A DNA stretch of 64,000 nucleotides, taken from the IMG/VR virus record IMGVR_UViG_3300017761_003320, positions 1 to 64,000 of that record. One strand, 5' to 3'. Each line of letters begins with the position of its first letter. Position 1 is the stretch's first letter. Source of the DNA: a virus. Position numbers and translations under genes: made by a program. The notes under the pieces were generated by a model, which saw only the letters and a list, made by a program, of their open reading frames with translations, was not told the DNA's origin and did not search any database. Shown piece after piece: positions 19,679 to 30,298 of this stretch.

Positions 19679-20458
19679 ATGAAAGATAATAGTAAATTCG
19701 GGTCATCAGACTCACTTATCGCCGCAGTTCGCTCCATCATGGAGAAGGAACATACGGTGCCTAAGGGTGCTAAAGAAAAGAAGCTAGCTGCGCTGGCTCA
19801 TCCGAAGGATAAGATCACGCATAAAGACGTGCTGGTTGGCCGCGGTGTCCTGAAGAAGGAAAATAGCGGTGAGCGCATGGGTACGATTGTCGCGACTCGC
19901 AAGGAGAAGGTCGAGGTGGATCCGAAGCTTAAAGAGGAAGAGCAAGTCGATGAGCGCAAGCTAACCGGGGCTGAGACTGATAAGAAAGAAAAGTATGTGA
20001 TGTCACTCAAGAAAAAGATGGGTGGCTTCAAGAAGCGTTATGGTGAGCGTGCTAAGGAAGTGATGTATGCTACAGCTACAAAGATGGCTAAGAATGAAGA
20101 AACCGGGCAGATCGATGAGATAGATAATGCACCATCTAGTGGAGATTATAGTCGTTATAATAGCCCAGAGGCGCAAGAACGCAGAAAAAAAGAACGTGAA
20201 GAGCTTGCTAAGCAAGCGCATTCAACTCCTAAAAAAGCAAAAATAGCTAGCAAGCTTGGTATAAAAAAGGAAGAAGTCGAGCAGGTTCAGGAAATCTCGA
20301 CAGGTCTTGCTAGTCGTTATCTAAAAAAGACTGATCCAGAAACCAGCTCACCAAAAGAAGTCGAAAAGCGCAAGACTGGCCGCGCTCTAGCCCTTACTAA
20401 GAAGTGGGGCGGTAAGGTTGGTGGAACAGCTGCACCTAAAGTTCCGACGAAGGACTAA
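19679..20458 (+). CDS. charged late protein, probable internal head protein
   Basis: Lys/Glu-rich with EEQVDE, QVQE linkers; VMYATATKMAK motif. Confidence 0.55.
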   Translation: MKDNSKFGSSDSLIAAVRSIMEKEHTVPKGAKEKKLAALAHPKDKITHKDVLVGRGVLKKENSGERMGTIVATRKEKVEVDPKLKEEEQVDERKLTGAETDKKEKYVMSLKKKMGGFKKRYGERAKEVMYATATKMAKNEETGQIDEIDNAPSSGDYSRYNSPEAQERRKKEREELAKQAHSTPKKAKIASKLGIKKEEVEQVQEISTGLASRYLKKTDPETSSPKEVEKRKTGRALALTKKWGGKVGGTAAPKVPTKD

Positions 20459-20462
20459 TAGA

Positions 20463-20804
20463 ATGGCTAAAGATAAGCGCGAATATGGATATGAAGGTGA
20501 TATGGCAATTAGCCAGTTAAAGTCTATCATATCCAATGCACAAGCTCTTATGTCAATGATGAAACCTGAGACGGACCTACCAGAGTGGGTCCAACTCAAA
20601 ATCACGCTTGCACAAGATTATGTCTTGACCGCGCGTGATTATATGAGTTCTGAGATGTCGGAGGCCGTCACAACAGAGAAGCCACCGTTCGAAGGTCCCT
20701 ATACTAAGTCTAAAGATGCGAGCCCAACTCGCTCACGCCTCAAGTCTCTTACAAAAAAGGCGCGCGAGACTCTGGCTAAATCCACGGTAAAAAAGTCTAA
20801 ATAG
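20463..20804 (+). CDS. hypothetical late protein
   Basis: YEGDMAISQL...LPEWVQLKIT motif. Confidence 0.6.
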   Translation: MAKDKREYGYEGDMAISQLKSIISNAQALMSMMKPETDLPEWVQLKITLAQDYVLTARDYMSSEMSEAVTTEKPPFEGPYTKSKDASPTRSRLKSLTKKARETLAKSTVKKSK

Positions 20805-20858
20805 AAACACTTATATTATGCTGAGTAGTGCTTAACGAAAAGCGAAGGAGATACGCTT

Positions 20859-21575
20859 ATGCCTTTATGGAATTTCGGTAAGGAGTCTGCGGGCTCTCAG
20901 TCTGGTGCAAACACACAGGCTGGTATTAAATACGGCCAGCAGCCGTTCGGTGGTGCGACCGATGGTCGCGAATCTTGGAAGCGCAATGTTATTGCGACTA
21001 ACCAAGGTTGGGTGCGTCGCCGCAATATCACTAAGGATGGTGCAAACTCGCAGCGCGACGAGATTCTTGTTTCGGCCAATCCTGGGATCGCTAGCGATGG
21101 ATATGCTAACATCGCGCATCTAGGGTTTGCTGAGATTACACAGATTTATCTGTCGACAAATTCGACAGGTGGTAATGCACTTCAGCGTAGTGCTACGGCC
21201 AATCTATATGTCGTATTCAATGAGCCGGTTCGTCACCGCGGTGGCACAGGCTTTATTCGTATCCGCATTGCAAATACCGTTACTGGTAATACAGTAATTG
21301 CGACTGCAAATGCAAAGTCAACGACATCCCGCACAGACATTATCAATGCAAATAACACGCTGGTATTCCGTTTTGTTCCGGGTAGTGCTGGTACATACAA
21401 GGTCAATGCTAATACACTAGCATTCAGTAGCGCATCTGGTGGTGCATTTACTGCAAACCTGATTAGCTTGAATCTTGGTACGAATGGCGGCGAATTGGCC
21501 AATACAGTTCTTACAGGTTCTGTGTCAAATAACTTTGGCACATTCACTGTCCGCTCAGCCACAACTGGCGGCTAA
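20859..21575 (+). CDS. virion structural protein
   Basis: MPLW start, GWV motif, beta-rich T/N/G composition; CTAAATA late promoter near 20789. Confidence 0.6.
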   Translation: MPLWNFGKESAGSQSGANTQAGIKYGQQPFGGATDGRESWKRNVIATNQGWVRRRNITKDGANSQRDEILVSANPGIASDGYANIAHLGFAEITQIYLSTNSTGGNALQRSATANLYVVFNEPVRHRGGTGFIRIRIANTVTGNTVIATANAKSTTSRTDIINANNTLVFRFVPGSAGTYKVNANTLAFSSASGGAFTANLISLNLGTNGGELANTVLTGSVSNNFGTFTVRSATTGG

Positions 21576-21593
21576 TAGTTAGGGAGCGATAGT

Positions 21594-21998
21594 ATGGCCG
21601 ATAAGAAGGTAAGTCAGCTAACGTCTTTGGGCACTACATCGTCCGAAGACCTGCTGCTAGTGATAGATAATCCTAACGGAACTCCGACATCGAAGAATAT
21701 GACTGTAAAGTCATTCTTCGGTGCGGTGCCGTCTAATACTGTGTTCAATGGTCGCGTGACCCTGAAAGCAAATGCGACCATCACATGTTCCAATACGGTC
21801 GTGACATCCAATGTGAATATTACATCGAATGGCTTGCTCAAGGTGAATAATTTCATCACCACTATTCGGTCTACACCAGCATCTAATAATGCTGCGACTG
21901 CAGGCTATAAGCTTGGGCAAGCTTTCTTCACAAATACGCATCTATACATTGCGGTGAATGCTACAACTTTGAAGAGGGTTGCACTATCGACATTCTAA
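21594..21998 (+). CDS. virion structural/fibre protein
   Basis: MADKKVSQLT N-terminus, LYIAV..KRVALSTF C-terminus. Confidence 0.6.
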   Translation: MADKKVSQLTSLGTTSSEDLLLVIDNPNGTPTSKNMTVKSFFGAVPSNTVFNGRVTLKANATITCSNTVVTSNVNITSNGLLKVNNFITTIRSTPASNNAATAGYKLGQAFFTNTHLYIAVNATTLKRVALSTF

Positions 21999-22002
21999 TA
22001 AC

Positions 22003-22392
22003 ATGAATATCATTGATGACAGTAACTTCGTTTTGTATGCGGCCAAGCACTATGACAATCCAGCTTGCATAGATGAGTCGGAGTTTTACGAAGACCTTGG
22101 CCGCATACGCAACCTGCAGAGATTAATGAGCAGGTATGCTAAGACTGGTGAGCTTAAGGATCGATATATCCTGAATCACTTAATCGCATTATACAATGTA
22201 TTTGAGCGTGATGCGATTACAAAGATGCTGGTATTCAAGATGAAAGACCAGCTACAATATCTGAAACCGTTTCTGGTTCTGATGGGTTATTGGCCAGATA
22301 AGGTAGAGGGTATAGGAAAGAAAAACGAGACAATCATCGGATCTGATATATCAATGGATCCCATGATTGTTGCGATTCTAAGGAGGATCTAA
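22003..22392 (+). CDS. conserved T4-like hypothetical protein
   Basis: NFVLYAAKHYDNP..EFYEDL..ILNHLI. Confidence 0.7.
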   Translation: MNIIDDSNFVLYAAKHYDNPACIDESEFYEDLGRIRNLQRLMSRYAKTGELKDRYILNHLIALYNVFERDAITKMLVFKMKDQLQYLKPFLVLMGYWPDKVEGIGKKNETIIGSDISMDPMIVAILRRI

Positions 22393-22628
22393 TGGACGAA
22401 GATGCACCAGCTAATGCAGTAGGCGGTGGTAATATCGCAGGTGTCGGAGTTGGTCCAAAGGGAGAACCTGGTCGCCACGGAATGGGTATGCTTCGCCGCA
22501 AAAAGATTAGATTCAAAGAATTTATCAAAGATAACAAAACGGTCTATTACAAGGCTTTAGGTCGTCGTGTTCCGGTAGGTAAAAGCAGTTCATCGCGCGG
22601 TGGTAATGGGAACGGTGACGGCGAATAA
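22392..22628 (+). CDS. small Gly-rich late protein
   Basis: EDAPANAVGGGNIAG..GEPG motif. Confidence 0.55.
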   Translation: MDEDAPANAVGGGNIAGVGVGPKGEPGRHGMGMLRRKKIRFKEFIKDNKTVYYKALGRRVPVGKSSSSRGGNGNGDGE

Positions 22629-22631
22629 CTC

Positions 22632-23318
22632 ATGTATGATTGGAATGATATTGTAATCATAGGTGACAGTTGGTGTGCCGAAAGAATTTATGATAATCAT
22701 TGGCCTAAAATATTAGTAAAAAAAATTACTGGAAAATATGATTTGATGCCAAGAGGAAAAGGATTTTCAGGTGCTAGTTGGTGGAGTACTAGAAATCATT
22801 TATTAAAAGAATTAAAATATAATCCTATCAAAATATTGATTTTGTGTCATACAGAAGCTAATAGAATACCAAGTGATTATGACTATGGTTATAATTATTG
22901 GTCAGTTTTAGAAAATAGAAAAAATAATCAGAGATTTGAGGCTGCCGCTCAATATTTTGAATATATTCATTCATTTGAATTTCATAAGTGGTGTCAATTA
23001 CAATGGTTCAATGAAGTTGATAATATTATAAAAACAAATGGGATTGAAAAAATAATACATCTTCATTGTTTTCCTGATATGTTTTATAAAAAATCTAAAA
23101 CAAATATTGCGACTCATATATTTAAAACTGGTATGACTATACAAGATAGTTTATATGCTTACAGAAATAATATATTTGATTCAAATTTATTTCCTAATCA
23201 CCTTTCATATAATCAAAATCATAAATTGGCTATGAAACTATATGATATAATTGATACATATTGCGGTGATGGATTTTGTTATACTAAAAAACTTTTGGAT
23301 GATATAACTGATGTATAA
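22632..23318 (+). CDS. SGNH-hydrolase-like protein, paralog 1
   Basis: IIGDSW, GASWW, PNH; AT-rich. Confidence 0.55.
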   Translation: MYDWNDIVIIGDSWCAERIYDNHWPKILVKKITGKYDLMPRGKGFSGASWWSTRNHLLKELKYNPIKILILCHTEANRIPSDYDYGYNYWSVLENRKNNQRFEAAAQYFEYIHSFEFHKWCQLQWFNEVDNIIKTNGIEKIIHLHCFPDMFYKKSKTNIATHIFKTGMTIQDSLYAYRNNIFDSNLFPNHLSYNQNHKLAMKLYDIIDTYCGDGFCYTKKLLDDITDV

Positions 23319-23994
23319 TTGGGATGATATTTTAATTGTAGGTGATAGCTGGTGTTCAGAGCGTGATAACTTTCAATATTGGCCTAATTATCTTTTATCT
23401 GAATTAACTGAAATAATATCCAAAGATATACCGCGCGGCAAAGGATATCCTGGATGCAGTTGGTGGAGCACAAGAAATAGATTATTTAATGAGCTTAAAA
23501 ATAAACCAGCTAAAGTAATTATAATCATACATACAGATCCAAGTAGAATTCCTAGTGATGAAGATCATCCCATGACAGCCCACATGGCCTTTAGAACAGT
23601 GCATGTAAAAGGTAGATGGGAAACGCCACAAAAAGAATTAAGAGCTAGGGCCGCGGCCGAATATTATTCTCATCTATATTCCGCAAATTTTCATAAATGG
23701 GCCGAACAGAAATGGTTTGAAGAATTAGATAATTTTCTATTAGATCATAAAGATGCAAAAATAATTCATCTTTACGGAAATAGAAGTAATAGCGATAATA
23801 ATTATCAATTTAATGTTGGTGTTACAGTAGAACCACATTTATATTATTATCTAATTCCCAATATACAAGATATAAAATATCCAAATCATATGACAATAGA
23901 AAATAATGAAAAATTAGCTTTATCATTAAAAAATATGATATTGAATTACCCTGGGCATGGATATGTTCACAAAGAAAGGTTGTTCAATAAATGA
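23311..23994 (+). CDS. SGNH-hydrolase-like protein, paralog 2
   Basis: IVGDSW, GCSWWSTRN, PNH; clearly paralogous to the upstream ORF. Confidence 0.55.
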   Translation: MYNWDDILIVGDSWCSERDNFQYWPNYLLSELTEIISKDIPRGKGYPGCSWWSTRNRLFNELKNKPAKVIIIIHTDPSRIPSDEDHPMTAHMAFRTVHVKGRWETPQKELRARAAAEYYSHLYSANFHKWAEQKWFEELDNFLLDHKDAKIIHLYGNRSNSDNNYQFNVGVTVEPHLYYYLIPNIQDIKYPNHMTIENNEKLALSLKNMILNYPGHGYVHKERLFNK

Positions 23995-24092
23995 TAAAAA
24001 GGCTTATTGATTTCATACCGTCTATCATATACAGATGGCGCATGAAAAGACATCTTAAAAAGCTAGCTAAGAACGATCCGTTCATATACTAA
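23991..24092 (+). CDS. small peptide preceding the carbamoyltransferase
   Basis: MIKRLIDF...LKKLAKNDPFIY*. Confidence 0.5.
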   Translation: MIKRLIDFIPSIIYRWRMKRHLKKLAKNDPFIY

Positions 24093-24093
24093 T

Positions 24094-25542
24094 ATGATAC
24101 TCGGAATTAATTGCGACAATCATGATGCAAGTATGGCTCTGGTTGATCATGATAATATAATATGGGCAGGACATTCTGAACGATATTCTCGAATAAAAAA
24201 TGATAGCACATTAAATAAAGCTATGGTTGATGAGATGCTTTCTTATGGAAAGCCAGATGTAATAGTAATCTCAGATCAACCTATATTAAAATCATCTCGA
24301 AGATTATTCTCAGGCGAGAGACCAATACTCACTCGATACAAAGATATTTTGAGACAAGTTGGTCTTGGTGGCATTCCATGTGAATTTGTAGGCCATCATG
24401 AAAGCCATGCGGCCGCGGGTTATTTCACTTCAAAATTTAATGATGCATCCATATTAGTTGTAGATTCAATAGGCGAATGGGATACTATCTCAATATGGGA
24501 AGCTCGTGGTCAAAGCTTAACCAGAATTATATCATGCTCATATCCAAATAGCATAGGTCTATTCTATTCGGCCATGACGCAATATGTTGGGTTAAAGCCT
24601 AATGAGGAAGAGTACATACTTATGGGTATGGCGGCGCTTGGTGAATCCAAGCTTGCTCCAGAAATGATTGATACTTTTTTCAGTCGCTGGAATCCACCTA
24701 AGATAACCTCAAGATATAATCTTCATAAAGGATGCAAATGGTGGGAATGTGATAATAGTATTACAAAATTTGATATAGCAGCCTCAGCGCAAGCTGTCAT
24801 AGAAATGTATTTGTTACAAACAATTAAATGGATGAAGCGCAATCTATTATCAAATAATCTGATCTTTATGGGAGGGGTTGCTCTCAACTGTATAGCCAAT
24901 AGTTTGCTGGCCAAAGTTTATCCAAATATTCATATCATGCCTAATCCAGGTGATGCTGGTAATTCCATTGGAGCTTGTGCCGCTTTAACATATCGCAAAC
25001 TAAACTGGAAAGGTCCTTACCTAGGCACAAATATAGACAGAGAATTAGATATTGATAAGGTAATCCAAAATCTCATGCGAGGTGAGATTGTAGGAATTGC
25101 AAACGGTCGCGCAGAATTTGGACCTAGAGCTTTGGGTAACCGCAGCTTGTTATGTGATCCTAGAGGTATTCAGGCTAAAGAAAAAACCAATACAATAAAA
25201 AGACGAGAACAATTTCGACCATTTGCACCTGCGGTATTATCTGAGCACGCGCATGACTATTTTGATATGCCAGTAGGAGAAAGCCCTTATATGCAATTCG
25301 TATCAAAATGCAAAGATGCTGGTAGTTTTCCTGCTATCTGCCATACTGATTATACAAGCAGAGTGCAAACTGTATCCGAGAAAGACAATCCAACATTTAG
25401 ATCATTGCTTGAAAGATGGTATGAAGTCTCAGGTTGTCCAATGCTATTAAACACAAGTCTGAATATCAAAGGGCAACCCCTTGTCAACACTTGGAATGAT
25501 GCTGTCGAATTTAATAATGTTCACGGTGTGAAAATATTTTAA
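24094..25542 (+). CDS. carbamoyltransferase (NodU/CmcH family)
   Basis: HDAS, ERYSRIK, HHESHAA, GGVALNC, PGDAG, EFGPRALGNRS, LNTSLN. Confidence 0.92.
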   Translation: MILGINCDNHDASMALVDHDNIIWAGHSERYSRIKNDSTLNKAMVDEMLSYGKPDVIVISDQPILKSSRRLFSGERPILTRYKDILRQVGLGGIPCEFVGHHESHAAAGYFTSKFNDASILVVDSIGEWDTISIWEARGQSLTRIISCSYPNSIGLFYSAMTQYVGLKPNEEEYILMGMAALGESKLAPEMIDTFFSRWNPPKITSRYNLHKGCKWWECDNSITKFDIAASAQAVIEMYLLQTIKWMKRNLLSNNLIFMGGVALNCIANSLLAKVYPNIHIMPNPGDAGNSIGACAALTYRKLNWKGPYLGTNIDRELDIDKVIQNLMRGEIVGIANGRAEFGPRALGNRSLLCDPRGIQAKEKTNTIKRREQFRPFAPAVLSEHAHDYFDMPVGESPYMQFVSKCKDAGSFPAICHTDYTSRVQTVSEKDNPTFRSLLERWYEVSGCPMLLNTSLNIKGQPLVNTWNDAVEFNNVHGVKIF

Positions 25543-25584
25543 TTAGCCTTTGACTTTCAAGTCAGTATCGTGTAATATAACACG

Positions 25585-26598
25585 ATGCACCTCCATATTG
25601 ATCACAAATACCTGAGCATTTTATCGATGAAGCTTGGTCTATTCAAGCGTAAAAGCGATAGGTTGTTCAATTTTCGCTGCCCATTCTGTGGAGATTCGGA
25701 ATCTAGCCGCACAAAGGCTAGAGGTTATGTCTATCAGAACAAAGGTATTCTGGTATTCAAATGCCATAACTGTAGCTATAGCACAAATATGGCCAAGCTA
25801 ATTGAGCGGGTAGATCCTGCTTTATCGCGTGAATATCGTCTTGAGGTATTTCGTGAGGAGAAGGGTGGTGCAAATAGTGAGCCTCGGTATCTAATACCTA
25901 AACCAGAATTTAAACAGGCTGGTGAGACTCGCTTGACTAATCTTGGTCTGATTTCCGTATCAGACCTTAGCGCAACCCATAGGGCTGTACAATATCTGCA
26001 AGGTCGTAAGATACCAGAGGAAAGATATTCTGATCTTTATTATGCTAAGGATATGACGGTATGTGAGGAACTAAATTCTTCATATAAAGATCGTCTGATT
26101 GCTGATGAACGAATAGTCATACCCTTTCGTAATATGGAAGGTAAACTGACTGGTGTTACCGGGCGTGCTATGGGTAATAGCAAGCTTCGGTACATGACTG
26201 TGCGTATTAATAATGAGCCTTTAGTATATGGTTTAGATCGAGTTGACTTTAGCAAGACGGTATATGTCATGGAAGGTCAATTCGATGCGATGCTAATACC
26301 AAATGCGATAGCGCCTGGTGGTACTGATATGCAAAGGACGCTATCTTATATTCCTGGGGATAAAGCTGTTCTAGTGTTTGACAATCAGCCGAGAAACAAG
26401 CAGGTTGTCGATCAAGTGCAAAAAATGGCTACAAGAAAAATTCCTATGGTAGTTTGGCCGTCAAATTGGAAATATAAAGATATCAATGAGTCAGTAGTGG
26501 ATGGGGTGGATCCGTCAGAGGTGGTGGCCCTGCTAAATACCTGCACCCACCAAGGGTTAGCTTTAAATCTAGCTTTACGTGATTGGAAGAAATGTTAA
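25585..26598 (+). CDS. gp61: DNA primase
   Basis: RCPFCGDS..KARG..KCHNC zinc finger, EGQFDAM, FDNQPRN, KDINE. Confidence 0.93.
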   Translation: MHLHIDHKYLSILSMKLGLFKRKSDRLFNFRCPFCGDSESSRTKARGYVYQNKGILVFKCHNCSYSTNMAKLIERVDPALSREYRLEVFREEKGGANSEPRYLIPKPEFKQAGETRLTNLGLISVSDLSATHRAVQYLQGRKIPEERYSDLYYAKDMTVCEELNSSYKDRLIADERIVIPFRNMEGKLTGVTGRAMGNSKLRYMTVRINNEPLVYGLDRVDFSKTVYVMEGQFDAMLIPNAIAPGGTDMQRTLSYIPGDKAVLVFDNQPRNKQVVDQVQKMATRKIPMVVWPSNWKYKDINESVVDGVDPSEVVALLNTCTHQGLALNLALRDWKKC

Positions 26599-27278
26599 TG
26601 GAGGATAAAATGGGTGGGCCTATTGTAAAACTTATTTCATATACTCAACCGGTACAAGACATCGCAGACCAAGGTATTACAAATGCCTTGGAGCTTGTTG
26701 CCTTTTGTGCTAGGGTATCAAATCCTAGCAATCAATATAATAGTGAGACTGCGGAGAAACTTGTTGTCTATCTCGCAAAGCATAAACATTGGTCGCCGCT
26801 AGAGATGGTCGATGCGACACTTGAGATTGTAACTACGCGTGATATCACACATCAGATCATTCGACATCGTTCATTCTCATTTCAAGAATTTAGTCAAAGA
26901 TATGCTGATCCAACCAAGTCACTTGAATTTGTGACGCGCGAGGCTCGGCTACAAGATAATAAGAATCGACAGAATAGCATTGACGTTGAAGATGTTCATC
27001 TACAGAATGAATGGTACCGTTCGCAGCAACGCGCACTATTTGCTGCTGAACGAGAATATAAATGGGCTATTGATCACGGCATCGCTAAGGAGCAAGCACG
27101 TGCTGTATTACCTGAAGGCCTAACACAATCACGAATTTATATGAAGGGCTCCATCCGTTCTTGGCTACACTATATTGAGGTTCGCACAGATCCCTCGACT
27201 CAGAAAGAGCATCGTGAAGTAGCATTAGGATGTGCCAGGGAAATCGCTCGCATTTTCCCTAATATCATCAACATTTAA
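26583..27278 (+). CDS. thyX: FAD-dependent thymidylate synthase
   Basis: HWSPLE, RHRSFSFQEFSQRY, EQARAVLP. Confidence 0.95.
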   Translation: MEEMLMEDKMGGPIVKLISYTQPVQDIADQGITNALELVAFCARVSNPSNQYNSETAEKLVVYLAKHKHWSPLEMVDATLEIVTTRDITHQIIRHRSFSFQEFSQRYADPTKSLEFVTREARLQDNKNRQNSIDVEDVHLQNEWYRSQQRALFAAEREYKWAIDHGIAKEQARAVLPEGLTQSRIYMKGSIRSWLHYIEVRTDPSTQKEHREVALGCAREIARIFPNIINI

Positions 27279-27292
27279 TACCGGAGGCACAT

Positions 27293-29071
27293 ATGCAAAT
27301 AGATCACCTAGGTGTGTTCATTGACACATCGCGGGATTCCCTATTATCGGAATTTTCGCTCACACTACTAAGAGACTATTATTGCCGTAAAGATGAAGAT
27401 ACGCCACAGAAATCATTTGCACGTGCCTCTGTAGCATTTTGTGGAGGAGATATGGCCTTAGCGCAGCGCATCTATAATGCTGTGTCTAAGGGTTGGTTCA
27501 TGTTCGCATCTCCAGTGTTGTCTAATGCAGCACTGCCAGGTGAGAAGGTGAAGGCGCTTCCAATCTCCTGCTTCCTGACATATGTGCCTGATTCTCTCAA
27601 GGGTCTGATTGATCATACGGCCGAACTGCGCTGGCTATCCGTTAAGGGTGGCGGCGTCGGTGGCCACTGGTCAGCTGTGCGTTCTGTGTCAAATGTTGCA
27701 CCTGGTCCGATTCCGTTTTTGCATACTGTCGATTCTGACATGACTGCATATCGTCAGGGTACAACTCGCAAGGGTTCCTATGCTGCATATCTTGATGTAT
27801 CGCATCCAGATATCATGGAATTTTTGACGATTCGTGTGCCGACTGGCGACGTGAATCGCAAGTGTATGAATCTGCACCATGCTGTGAATGTCACAAATGA
27901 TTTCATGCGCGCTGTCGAAAATGATTCTGATTGGCATTTGCGTGATCCAAATGATGGTACAATCCGTGAGACAATGCGGGCCCGCAAGCTATGGGAAACC
28001 ATTCTTGAGGTTCGATATCGCACGGGTGAGCCATATATCAATTTCATTGATACTGCTAATGAAGCACTTCCTCAGGCTCTGAAAGATCGTGGTCTAAAGA
28101 TTCATGGATCAAACCTTTGTAATGAGATCCATCTACCGACGAGTGAGAAAAGGACTGCAGTATGTTGCCTATCTTCGTTAAACCTAGAGAAGTACGACGA
28201 GTGGAAGAATACTGGTTTAGTCAAAGACCTAGTGACGATGCTGGACAATGTTCTTCAGGTATTCATCGAGAATGCGGGGGACGAGATTTCGCGCGCGCGT
28301 TTTTCAGCGCAACGCGAGAGGTCGCTCGGTCTTGGCGCGATGGGGCTACATTCTTACTATCAGCAACGTGGAATTGCATTTGCAAGCGAAACCGCAAGAC
28401 AGATCAATAAAGAGATTTTCTCCGATATCTTTGCTAAGGCACGTGAGCAGTCGAGAATCCTAGGTCGTGAGCGCGGCGAAGCTCCTGATATGGAAGGCAC
28501 GGGTATGCGTAATGCCCATGTGATTGCGATTGCGCCAAATGCAAATAGCTCAATTATTCATGGTTGCTCACCATCTATTGAACCTTGGAAGGCAAATGCT
28601 TTTACTCATCGCACTCGCGCTGGCTCTCACCTGGTCAAAAATGAATACCTGAAACAGCTTCTAACTGTTATTGGTAAGGATACAGATGAGGTATGGTCTA
28701 GCATTATCACAAATGGTGGTTCTGTTCAACATCTCGATTTCCTGAGCGAACATCAGAAGCAAATCTTTGCCACGGCCATCGAGATTGATCAGATGGAGAT
28801 TGTGACTCAGGCTGCTTGGCGTCAGAAATGGATCTGCCAAGGTCAGTCGCTCAATCTATTTTTCCCCGCAGGTGCATCTCGTGGGCTACTGCATCATGTT
28901 CATTTTGCTGCATGGAAACTTGGTTGTAAGGGACTATATTATCTACGCACAGAATCTTCAAGTCGCGCAGAGAATGTTTCGAAGAAGGTTGAGCGTAATA
29001 AGCTGGTTGATATATCAGAAATACAAGTTAAGGAAGAGACACAGGAAGAATGTGTCGCATGTCAGGGGTAA
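27293..29071 (+). CDS. nrdA: ribonucleotide reductase class I alpha subunit
   Basis: PISCF, GSNLCNEI, AVCCLSS, APNANSS, LYYLR, ECVACQG. Confidence 0.95.
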   Translation: MQIDHLGVFIDTSRDSLLSEFSLTLLRDYYCRKDEDTPQKSFARASVAFCGGDMALAQRIYNAVSKGWFMFASPVLSNAALPGEKVKALPISCFLTYVPDSLKGLIDHTAELRWLSVKGGGVGGHWSAVRSVSNVAPGPIPFLHTVDSDMTAYRQGTTRKGSYAAYLDVSHPDIMEFLTIRVPTGDVNRKCMNLHHAVNVTNDFMRAVENDSDWHLRDPNDGTIRETMRARKLWETILEVRYRTGEPYINFIDTANEALPQALKDRGLKIHGSNLCNEIHLPTSEKRTAVCCLSSLNLEKYDEWKNTGLVKDLVTMLDNVLQVFIENAGDEISRARFSAQRERSLGLGAMGLHSYYQQRGIAFASETARQINKEIFSDIFAKAREQSRILGRERGEAPDMEGTGMRNAHVIAIAPNANSSIIHGCSPSIEPWKANAFTHRTRAGSHLVKNEYLKQLLTVIGKDTDEVWSSIITNGGSVQHLDFLSEHQKQIFATAIEIDQMEIVTQAAWRQKWICQGQSLNLFFPAGASRGLLHHVHFAAWKLGCKGLYYLRTESSSRAENVSKKVERNKLVDISEIQVKEETQEECVACQG

Positions 29072-29074
29072 ACA

Positions 29075-30298
29075 ATGGATATTCGCATCGTAACTAAGAC
29101 TGGTTGCCCATTCTGCGATAAGACGAAGGAATGGTTGTCTAGACGCGGCTTCTCATATACAGAAGACCGTATGGATAATGAGGAGCTGCGCTATGCTTTC
29201 TATCAGCAGCATAAGGTGAATACTGTTCCTCAGGTATTCATCGATGGTAAGCGCATCGGTGGATATACTGAACTTGTCGCATATGGTGACAAGATGGTGA
29301 AGCAAGAGCGCGGAGGACTTCTAGAATTATCCAAGGTCTATAAGCCGTTTCAATATCCTTGGGCCGTAGAAATCACACAGCGTCACGAAAAGGCGCACTG
29401 GATCGAAGATGAGGTGGATCTTGGAGAAGATGTCACAGATTGGAAATCTGGTAAGATGTCTGCGACCGACAAGGAATTTGTTACGCAGATCCTGCGACTC
29501 TTTACGCAATCTGACGTCGCCGTCGGTAAGAATTACTATGACTTGTTCGTGCCGAACTTTAAGAATAATGAAGTGCGAAACATGCTCGGCTCTTTCGCCG
29601 CACGTGAAGGCGTACACCAGCGTGCTTATGCACTTCTGAATGATACACTTGGTCTGCCTGATGAAGAATATACAGCATTCCTTGAATATAAGGAGATGGC
29701 TGACAAGATTGACTTCATGACTGAGGCCGACACGACTACAAAGCGCGGCGTCGGTCTTGCACTAGCTAAATCTGTATTCAATGAAGGTGTCGCTCTATTC
29801 GCCTCATTTGTAATGTTGCTAAATTTTCAGCGATACGGCAAGATGAAGGGTATGGGTAAGGTTGTCGAATGGTCAATTCGCGATGAAAGTATTCACGTTG
29901 AAGGTAATGCATTCCTCTTCCGCACCTTCTGCGCTGAACATCCACGAATTGTAGATGATAGCTTTAAGCTTGAAATCTATGAGATGGCCAGACAGGCTGT
30001 GAAGCTGGAAGACAAATTTGTTGACCTAGCTTATAAAATGGGTGAAGTTCAAGGTCTAACACCTGATGAAGTCAAGCAATATATCCGCTATATAACCGAC
30101 AGACGTCTACTTCAGCTAGGATTAAAACCTAACTTCAAGGTTAAGGATAATCCTCTTCCTTGGCTTGAGTGGGTTCTGAATGGGGCTGACCACACGAACT
30201 TCTTCGAGGGTCGCGTGACCGAATATGAGGTGGCTGGCCTGACTGGATCTTGGGAGGATGCTTATTCAAATGGTAAAGAAAGTCAAGGCGGTAGCTGA
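29075..30298 (+). CDS. nrdB: glutaredoxin-fused ribonucleotide reductase beta subunit
   Basis: N-terminal CPFC/TVPQVF/IGGY; REGVH, WSIRDESIH, NFFE. Confidence 0.93.
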   Translation: MDIRIVTKTGCPFCDKTKEWLSRRGFSYTEDRMDNEELRYAFYQQHKVNTVPQVFIDGKRIGGYTELVAYGDKMVKQERGGLLELSKVYKPFQYPWAVEITQRHEKAHWIEDEVDLGEDVTDWKSGKMSATDKEFVTQILRLFTQSDVAVGKNYYDLFVPNFKNNEVRNMLGSFAAREGVHQRAYALLNDTLGLPDEEYTAFLEYKEMADKIDFMTEADTTTKRGVGLALAKSVFNEGVALFASFVMLLNFQRYGKMKGMGKVVEWSIRDESIHVEGNAFLFRTFCAEHPRIVDDSFKLEIYEMARQAVKLEDKFVDLAYKMGEVQGLTPDEVKQYIRYITDRRLLQLGLKPNFKVKDNPLPWLEWVLNGADHTNFFEGRVTEYEVAGLTGSWEDAYSNGKESQGGS

